Source of the DNA: Eledone cirrhosa
Taxonomy: Eukaryota
Length of the DNA: 64,000 bases
Reading direction: 5' to 3'
Assembly (NCBI GenBank): GCA_964016885.1
Contig: OZ024744.1
Coordinates: 29,760,001 to 29,824,000, forward strand
In this document: positions 55,517 to 64,000 of the stretch, in pieces
Layout of the letters: each line of letters starts with the position of its first letter
Numbering within the stretch: position 1 is the first letter of the stretch
Translations under genes and position numbers: made by a program
Notes under the pieces: model-generated
Seen by the model: the letters and a program-made list of their open reading frames with translations, nothing else
The model's database searches: none
Told to the model about the DNA's origin: nothing

Positions 55517-56718
55517 TAAGGTTTGTTGGTTCACCACTGGATAGAACTGATCATTCCGTATGGTCAATCCTGGTGTAATATTGTGAAGAGTACTCAACGC
55601 AGTGCAGTTCACCCATCTTCGTTTGTGTAGTTGGTGGTGCGAATACGGAGTTAATTATAAATAAAATAAAATAACAGGAGGCTGGACTGGTGTAAATCCT
55701 TGAAAGTTTTATTATACTATGATCATTTCAATGTCCGGGTTCCATATGAATCCGGTGATATCATCAGGTATTGGAATATAACAAAGGAATATGTAAAAGA
55801 CCATGGGTCCAAAAAATCAGAGACAGAGACAAAGAGGACGACTGACCAACTAGCTGCTCCGCCAGTCGCCCTCAAAGTGTGTGATTTAATAATATTCGTT
55901 TGGTATAGACGATGGCCTGTCGAAATTGTGGAGTTCCCGCTAGCGCTCCCGGGGCCTAAAGTAGCTACGTTCCTAGAGTACTCGGAAAAATTAATTTCCA
56001 TTTCTTTCACTGGACGATACCACTCGAGACTGGCTGACTCATGGTGGGGGGTGGGGGTGGGGGTGCTGGCTGGGACTCCCAATCGAAATCTTTACTCTAT
56101 ATCCCATCCTAATATCTTATCGAGATGAATTTTTTCATATAAGACTCTCTCTGTAAGTTCATTAAATAAATAAATCTCGCTACCTTAATCTTTAATTCTC
56201 TAATAACTTATTTTTCAATTTATCATTTTGCAATTTAATATTTTTAATTTAATTTAATTTCATCATAAGTTTAACGTTCCAATCTTCGGTTCACACATTA
56301 GACCATACAGACACCCATTATAGATTCTTTGGAGTAGCATTTTTTCGCGGCATTTTCTAGCATGAATATAGTGTGACCCTTACACTGACTTCTTTCTCCC
56401 TTTCTTTCTTTCTTCCCCTTTTTCTTTGACGGAGAGGTGGTAGTGTATTATAAGCATTCGCCCTCTCACCAGATGTTCATTAGTAGATTCAGTTGCCACC
56501 ACTTTGAGGGCGACTGGCGGAGCAGCTAGTTGGTCAGTCGTCCTCTTTGTCTCTGTCTCTGATTTTTTGGACCCATGGTCTTTTACATATTCCTTTGTTA
56601 TATTCTAATACCTGATGATATCACCGGATTCATATGGAACCCGGTCATTGAAATGATCATAGTATAATAAAACTTTCAAGGATTTACACAAGTCCAGCCT
56701 CCTGTTATTTTATTTTAA
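55515..56718. mobile_element. 1.2-kb insertion with 217-bp inverted arms (55663-55879 / 56500-56716), each carrying a hammerhead, between TA tracts
   Basis: Arms differ at about three positions; 620-bp spacer; the left arm is extended by ~150 bp to the (TA)n tract. Confidence 0.85.
56608..56665 (+). ncRNA. Minimal type I hammerhead (mirror copy 55714-55771 on minus strand)
   Basis: ATAC-CTGATGA-(TATC ACCGG ATTC..GAAC CCGGT CATT)-GAAA-T-GATC-A-TA-GTAT. Same palindromic GATC loop as the Naiad HHR. Confidence 0.78.
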
Positions 56719-56888
56719 ATATATATATATATATATATAATTCGTAGGAAAATGGGAAACTCGGCAAAAGGCCACCGAAGTGGCGTTAGGTAAAACATTT
56801 GACTGAAAGTATTGCGAAGGATAGACGGCTCGTAACAATGGAGTGGAGGAATAAATATCTTCGTTGGTATAATGTTTGTGTTGGGACA

Positions 56889-56980
<92 letters not shown>

Positions 56981-57401
56981 GAGGTGCCTCCACACGACCT
57001 CAAGTCATCGCAAGAAAGGGATAAGAATGGCATTGTAAGTGGAAGAGGCCTGTAGAAGGGAGAGGGGAAGAAAGAATGCAACAGTGAGAGGAGAGAGACA
57101 AAGAAAAGGAACAGGAGGAGAGAAGGGAGAGAAGAACGAAAGAAAAGGGAATAGAGGAAGAGGCACGAAAAAGCCAACTCACCTTATATATGCAAATGGA
57201 AGTAAAGCATATTCGAAGCTCGAGCCGCAGCTAAGCCGACGAATGCATTCAGAAGTGCAGCCAAGCACTCGGCAAGGTACAAAACCTCAGAGTAATAACA
57301 GTTTAAAGGGCTTTGCAAATTGAAGATATCGACCGTTAATTCAGCCGCGGGGTCCGTAGCAACGAAAGAACTGACTCGCGAGAAAAAATACATATACCTA
57401 T

Positions 57402-57430
<29 letters not shown>

Positions 57431-57432
<2 letters not shown>

Positions 57433-57577
57433 ACAAACCTGGACCATCACTTCGAAATTTTGCAATATCTCAGCTAGGTTTCTGTAAATCCGAAATCAAC
57501 AAAATCCGCTTTCGGTGTATGCAAGTTGTATATATATATATAACTTGCATACACCGAAAGCGGATTTTGTTGATTTG
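57431..57577. mobile_element. Short fold-back insertion (35-bp arms 57493-57527 / 57542-57576) related to the Naiad 3' end
   Basis: Arm contains CACCGAAAGCGGATTTT; the Naiad 3' region has CACCGAAAGTGGATTTT (40135-40151). TA-flanked. Confidence 0.7.
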
Positions 57578-57650
57578 TATATATAAATAAATGGAAAAAC
57601 TGAAACGAAATTTCATTTCTCACTCACTTTTAGTACGGCTGTTACTTAAA

Positions 57651-57957
57651 TATAAGTATGTACACGTACATACATATATGTATACAGACGTACAGTAGTA
57701 TGTATATATATACATACATGCACACACATATATATATATATGTACGTATGGGTTTACCGAACATTTATTATAATGCTCGGTTTGTTTGTAAACAAACATC
57801 GCGAATTAAGCCGTAGTGTCTAGCAAACCGAACATTATAATAAGTGTTCGGTAAACCCATACGTACATATATATATATATGTGTGCATGTATGTATATAT
57901 ATATACATACTACTGTACGTCTGTATACATATATGTATGTACGTATACATACTTATA
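57651..57957. mobile_element. Fold-back insertion (~134-bp arms 57651-57784 / 57824-57957), same family as 46383-46560
   Basis: Complementary arms; direct homology to the 46.4-kb copy. Confidence 0.8.
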
Positions 57958-57971
57958 TATATATATATATA

Positions 57972-58753
57972 TATAAAGAATTAATATATCTACCGACATA
58001 TGCATACAGATGCATACCTATGCTAGCAGATATATATGTTTTGTCTTAGTAACTTTGTGGTTCTATGCAGGGGATTTCAGAACAATTATATGAAAGACGT
58101 AAATAAGAAAGTTATGAAAATTGACTTACTAAAATTTCACTCCAACTAATTAGTTTCTGTAAGGGGATAAATATAGTCACGTAATAACTTTAGTAAGTAA
58201 GTCAATTTTCATAACTTTCTTATTTACGTCTTTCATATAATTGTTCTGCATTCCCCTGCATAGAACCACAAAGTTACTAAGACAAAACATATATATCTGC
58301 TAGCATAGGTATGCATCTGTATACATATGTCGGTAGATATATTAATTCTTTATAATTAACTCCAAATTATTTGTTGAGCAAAATTTGCCAAATTACTACT
58401 GTGACTGATAGTAGTAGCTAGGCTCTGTCTTAATAGCACCCCCACTCCAAGCAGGTTAACCTCAGTGTCACGTGATTGATTCTTTTGAATTTGCCACTTG
58501 ACCAAGAAGGCAGTGAATTTTTTCAATGGCTTGGAATCTAACCCCGCTCGCTTTTTTCCATCCACTGAAATATTTTTATATAAGTTCCCAGTATCCCCGC
58601 ATTGCCTGGAAACTTAGCTGAGAATAGACTCCCTGATGACGTAAGGCTTCTCTATAGTTATTACGTAACTATATTTATCCCCTTACAGAAACTAATTAGT
58701 TGGAGTGAAATTTTAGTAAGTAAGTCAATTTTCATAACTTTCTTATTTACGTC

Positions 58754-58762
<9 letters not shown>
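57972..58762. mobile_element. Non-autonomous HHR element: ~523-bp monomer with terminal direct repeat (58189-58239 = 58712-58762), preceded by an inverted partial copy (57972-58189)
   Basis: Direct and inverted repeats are visible; HHR at 58628-58706; no ORF; (TA)n on both sides. Confidence 0.82.
58628..58706 (+). ncRNA. Type I hammerhead ribozyme
   Basis: ACTCC-CTGATGA-C-GTAAGG...ATAGTTA/TAACTAT...CCTTAC-A-GAAA-C-TAATTA-G-TT-GGAGT; 12-nt palindrome AACTAATTAGTT; GUU triplet. Confidence 0.87.
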
Positions 58763-58827
<65 letters not shown>

Positions 58828-58989
58828 CGAAGGAAGTGTGGTAAGGAACCAGATGGATCATAATACACCAGAGTATATATATATATATCCAGGGAGTGTA
58901 GCGTGAAGTTACTGTAGGTTCATCCAGGTGAGCACTCGATATTTAGGTTCACCTCACTTGCGAGGTGTAGAGCTAGACAGAATGTAATA

Positions 58990-59155
58990 TAATTGTTTCT
59001 ACTTTGGGCACAAGGCCACTAATTATCCCAGTGTATTACTGGTACTTTATTTTATCGACCCCGCAAGGATGAAAGGCAAAGTTAACCTCGGCGGGATTTG
59101 AACTCAGTCCGTAGAGGGACGCAACTCTATGCTGCAAAGCATGGCGTCCGATCCT
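58990..59155 (-). mobile_element. tRNA-derived SINE (same family as 31850)
   Basis: Reverse complement of the family core: GGATGAAAGGCAAAGTTAACCTCGGCGGGATTTGAACTC. Confidence 0.87.
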
Positions 59156-59177
59156 ATTATTATATATATATATATAA

Positions 59178-59440
59178 ATCATCATGCTCATCTGGTTGAG
59201 CTCGTTCAGATATTCATGAGTCTAGCACGCTTTCCATTACGATCAAGCATAAGTGTTGGGGGGTCTTTAGGGGAGCAACCTGTGTCTCTACATACTTGGT
59301 TGATGTAAGATAAAACCAGTTGGCCAACCATCCTTTGACAACGGCGAGGGGTCCAAAGCAAAATATCACTAACAAATTCTTGCTTTGCTCGCCAGCAGTG
59401 TCCTGCAAATCGCATTCTTCGTTCCCGCAATATTGCATAT
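59178..59440 (-). pseudogene. 3'-terminal fragment of an RTE/RTE-X LINE
   Basis: ILRERRMRFAGHCWRAKQEFVSDILLWTP...YINQVCRDTGC...MLDR matches the RTE C-terminal signature; short (TGA)-like tail. Confidence 0.8.
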
Positions 59441-59918
59441 ATATTATATTGTATGTACAGATTGAAATTTAAGCAATGACTCGCTGCTTTCACTCATTTA
59501 CGGGATCTTCTGAAACTATAAATACATATACATGTTTGCTCTAGATGTTTGACAGTGCGCCGTTCATAGCAAAGAGACAAACCCGCTCGTACTTACAAAC
59601 TGCACTTTAACGAATTGTGTAAAACATGTCACAGAAAACGAAATGGCCAGCGATAAGGAACGCTGTATCAAATATGAAAGATGGACGTCATAACACCTGT
59701 CAGGAATTTACGGCGAATTGTGTCAACTCCATTTTCAAAATATTTTGAGTTTCTTTATTTTTCATTTCTTTTAAGTTCTCTTGTGACAAACGACACACAG
59801 ATTACCAAACATCTTGAGAGAATGTTTGGAGAAATAACGGTAAAAATTGACATACAGACATGAATAATAACAATATTGAACATTTTTTCTACTTTTGGCA
59901 AAAGACCAGCAATTATCC

Positions 59919-60011
<93 letters not shown>

Positions 60012-60309
60012 AATAATGGAAGAAAACGCACATGGTGGATATATATCGTCATGGAATCGCTCCCGTAAGTTTTTGATTTTTACTTCTTTAATACAACTGT
60101 GATAGAATAATTCTTATTACAAATGAACAATAAGATTACAGTTTTCACGTTCAGCAAGCCATAACGCATCACTTTACGGCATAGGGCCCCAATATTTAAT
60201 ATTTAATTTTGGATCAGAAATGTTATAGTCGAAAAAGAGGAAAATGGCAAAATGGCTAAATAGCTAAATAGCTAAATGGCTAAGTGGACAGACAGAAAGA
60301 TAATTTCAC

Positions 60310-60570
60310 CGCCAACACCACCACCACTACCACGCTAAAAACTCTAGTCAAGTTACCTCAACTTCTATTTTTACTTCAACTTCAACACCATCACTATAGT
60401 ACTACGATCACATCACCACCACCACTGCCTCATTATCGCTACCGCCGCTATTCTCTCCCACTACCTCCTGCTAAGTACTACTAGCACAGCACCACCACCA
60501 CCACCACCACCACCACCACCACTGCCTCATTATCACTACCGCCGCTATTCTCTCCCACTACCTCCTTCTA
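60310..60570. repeat. (CAC/TAC)-rich low-complexity tract with a ~55-bp internal duplication
   Basis: ACCACCACTGCCTCATTATC.CTACCGCCGCTATTCTCTCCCACTACCTCC occurs at about 60415 and 60512. Confidence 0.8.
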
Positions 60571-60867
60571 AGACATGCATCGTAGTGTCCCCACTAAAAG
60601 AGGAAGGCATCAAAATATATAAATAGACTGATTTGATGACCCGGTCAAAAAACCAAAAATCAAAATCAAAGAAGCACAGCAACAACGAAAAACGTAAAGA
60701 AAAGAAAAATGAAAAGAAAAACAAACAGACAGACAGAGAAGGGAAGGGAAAAACTAAGTCAGACATTCAAACATTACATTACAATGAAACTTATGCTTAT
60801 TCTTCTTTTTTTTTTACCTATTTGTTTGTTTGTTTATTTATGTTCGTCTACAGCGTGATAGTGCCAC

Positions 60868-63800
60868 ACAAAAATCACCGGGAGTGATGAAACCACCGGA
60901 GGTGATGAAATCACCGGTGGTTATGTAACCATACATTCACCAATCCTCGATAAGAGTGTTTAAATGTCGAACCTAAACAGTTCGAATAACGGTGAAGTGG
61001 AGACTAGAATTTCACGTGACAGACTCTCACCCAGCAGGTGCTCCCTGGCTCAGCAGCAGGGACCTGGCTGTCAACCAAATACTGCTGGTGTCGGAGGAAG
61101 AAGAAGAAGGAAATGGACCAGAACCAACTGGACGAAAAAATTGAATAGAACTGTTATGCAATGTTACCTGAAGAGTAACCCCAAGGAGAAAGGCTATAGG
61201 AAACGGATGCATAACATCTGGAACGAGATTGGTCTATTTAAATTAGATGAACAAAAATTGGCCAGGCAGGCTCGGGTAATAAGAACTAATGGCTGGATAA
61301 GCGAGCTGGAACTGGAGGAACTGAGTAGAGAGATTAGGTTGGAAATGGAGAGTGGAGTATGCCAGGCAAACGAACCAGTGGGAAATGAAGGTGAAGAGGT
61401 TGAGAGAACGGAGGAACCATCCGAAGCAGACAATGATCTGAATGCTGAAATAAATAATACCTGGAACAAAGATACGGCCATTGAGGAGATGAATGCTGAA
61501 GGGCTAGGACAAGATTTGGTTGATATCCTAAACTTAGTGGTAGATGAATTGAACAATGATAGTGGGAAACCTATGAACCTAAGATTTGTAGACAGGAAAT
61601 AGTTAAAAGAAACAACAGCTAAGGTAAACAAAGTCATCCCATACCTTGAGGCGAGGAGCCTTCACCAGTGCAACAATATCCTCAAAGCAACAGCAAATGT
61701 GATGAGGAAATTACTTGGTATAAAAGCGAGAGGAAACAACAAACAAGAAAGATCAGAGCCTTGGTGGAAGAAACGACTGAATGGTCAAATCAGGGAAATG
61801 AGAAATGACATTGGAAAGCTTGAGTCCCTACTGAATTGGACATTAAAAAACATAGACACTAAAAATAGACTGGAAATAAAGTACAAAACTAGGAGGAAAA
61901 AGCTAAATATTATCATAGAGGAACTGAAGCAACGCATTGTAGCAAAGAGTGCAAAAATTAGGCGATACGAGAGCAGAGTCAGTCGGTATAGACAGAACCG
62001 TATGTTTGACAACAACCAGAAGATGCTGTTTGGACAGCTTGAAGGGAAAGAAAGAGGCAACGACTTGATCCCTGATGCGGAACAAACTAAGACATTCTGG
62101 AGAGGAATATGGGAGCAGGATGTTAAACATAATGACCAGGCAGTGTGGATTGAGACAGTACAAAAGGAGATTAGTAAACAGGCACACCAACAAACTGATT
62201 TGAGTATCACAGTTGAAATTCTTAAGGGGTAGGCCAAAAAACTAACCAACTGGAAATCACCAGGCCCAGATGGTGTGCAGGGGTATTGGATTAAAAACAT
62301 AACATCCCTCCACCCGAAACTGACAACCATGTTCAATGACTGCTTGATGTCAGGTGAGGTACCAGAGTGGTTGACATAAGGTACCACAGTTCTGGTAATG
62401 AAAGACCGAATCAAGGGTAATGATGTTACCAACTATAGACCTATCACATGTCTGTCCGTAATGTGGAAACTGTTGACAAGCATTATGTCTGAGGAAATCT
62501 ACCATCACCTCCACACAAACAACTTGTTACCGGACGAACAGAAAGGATGCCGAAAGAAGTCACATGGTACAAAGGACCAGTTACTTATTGATAAGATGGT
62601 AATGAGGAATTGCAAGAGGAGACACACTGGTCTTGCCATGGGATGGATAGACTACAAAAAGGCATTTGACATGGTGCCTCATTCTTGGATCACCAAAAGC
62701 CTGGAGATATTCAAGGTGGCAGATAACATCAGGCAGTTGTTGGGCAAAAGTATGAAGTCCTGGGAAACAGAGTTAACATCAACTGGAGAATCCTTGGGAA
62801 GCGTGAAGATCAAGAGAGGTATCTTCCAGGGAGATAGTCTGTCCCCTCTGTTGTTTGTCCTTGCCCTGATCCCCTGACCATTATCCTGCGAAAAGTGAGA
62901 GCAGGATACAAGTTGGGAAAGGGAGAGCTTACCATCAATCACCTCCTCTTCATGGACGATCTTAAGCTCTTCGGGAAGAGTGAGAAGGAGTTGGATGTGC
63001 TTGTTGACACTGTCCGTATTTTCAGCAATGATATATGTATGCAATTTGGTATTAGTAAGTGTGGAGTCATTGTGATGAGGAGGGGTAAGTTGAGCAGAAG
63101 TAACGGAATCCAGATACCAACAGGTGAGATGATAAAAGAAATTGACTCTGAAGAAGGATACAAGTATTTGGGCGCTCTGGAGGCTGATGACATCAAGAAC
63201 AAAAAAATGAAGGAATTGATAAGAACTGAATACCTTCGGAGAGTAAGGAGCGTATTAAAGTCACATCTGAACAGTAGGAATGCCATAAGTGCAGTAAATT
63301 CCCGAGCTGTGTCTATTATTAGGTACAGTGCGGGAATTCTGAGATGGAATGTTGCTGAACAAAAAGAAATGGATAGGAAGACTAGGAAGCTATTGACTAT
63401 CTACAATATGTTCCACAAGAGGAGTGATGTCGATAGACTCTACTTAAGGAGATCTGAAGGTGGAAGAGGTCTTATCAGCATAGAGGACTGTGTTCAGAGG
63501 GAGAAAAACAACCTACACAAATACGTGACTGATACTAAGGAGCCAATGCTCAGAACTGTACTGAAGGAGAGGACAATAGACCAGGGGATGTTCAGGGAAG
63601 AAATAACAAGGAGAAAGAGCAGCCTTTATGAAAAATCCCTTCATAGTACCTTCTTTGAGAAAACTGAATTCAGAGATCCGCAGACATAGAACTGGTTGAA
63701 AAGAGGAGACCTTAAAAAGGCTACAGAAGAAATGCTAATGGCTCCGCAAGAGCAGGCCCTCAAAACGAAGTGGTTGAAACACCATATTTACAAGGAGGAG

Positions 63801-64000
63801 GCTAGCCCACTGTGCAGGATCTGTGGAGAGAGAGAGAGGAGACTGTGGCTCACATTGTATCCGAGTGTAAACACCTAGCCCAGACTCACTATAAGGGCTG
63901 GAGACATGATGTGATGCGCAGGGTGAACCACTGGCACCTGTGCAAAAATAAACAATTTACCACATTCTGAGAAGTGGTATGAGCATAAGCCAGAGTCGGT
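60868..64000 (+). mobile_element. Inactive single-ORF RLE-type non-LTR retrotransposon (R4/Dong-like); ORF starts at 60964 and runs off the right edge
   Basis: N-terminal WTKKLNRTVMQCY..GYRKRM; RT motifs [55 protein letters not shown]; zinc knuckle CRICG..ETVAHIVSEC and RHD; no APE domain. Stops at 61600, 62230, 62377 and 63687; frameshifts near 62874 and 63835. Confidence 0.88.

Noticed and set aside
55700-56128. 142-aa and 119-aa ORFs within the 1.2-kb inverted-repeat element
   Set aside because: They overlap the ribozyme-bearing arm, have non-ATG starts and show no recognisable motifs.
61027-63286. Minus-strand ORFs over the LINE, and short alternate-frame ORFs over the PLE ORF
   Set aside because: Antisense or alternate-frame shadows of the RT coding sequences.

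Overview
Repeat-dominated, AT-rich animal DNA with no host gene I can support. The SINE and microsatellite content suggests a cephalopod, probably Octopus (inference). 1-30.1 kb is a 39-bp satellite array (~770 units) with nested higher-order duplications. 34.8-46.3 kb is a young partial-tandem Penelope-like retroelement of Naiad type: one intact 813-aa RT + GIY-YIG ORF, a 3.5-kb microsatellite-filled 3' region and a hammerhead ribozyme (HHR) in each copy, inserted in (TA)n. A 15-bp minisatellite (47.2-49.4 kb) forms one hugely expanded arm of an inverted repeat. The remainder holds tRNA-type SINEs, nested MITEs, RTE fragments and a decayed RLE-type (R4/Dong-like) LINE. The main unexplained signal is eight short non-coding inverted-repeat insertions in or next to (TA)n tracts. 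Several carry minimal hammerheads and Naiad-like 3' motifs, and where a ribozyme or motif gives polarity, both 3' ends point outward. One is a ~523-bp HHR monomer. Together they suggest a TA-microsatellite-targeted PLE plus non-autonomous ribozyme-element system.
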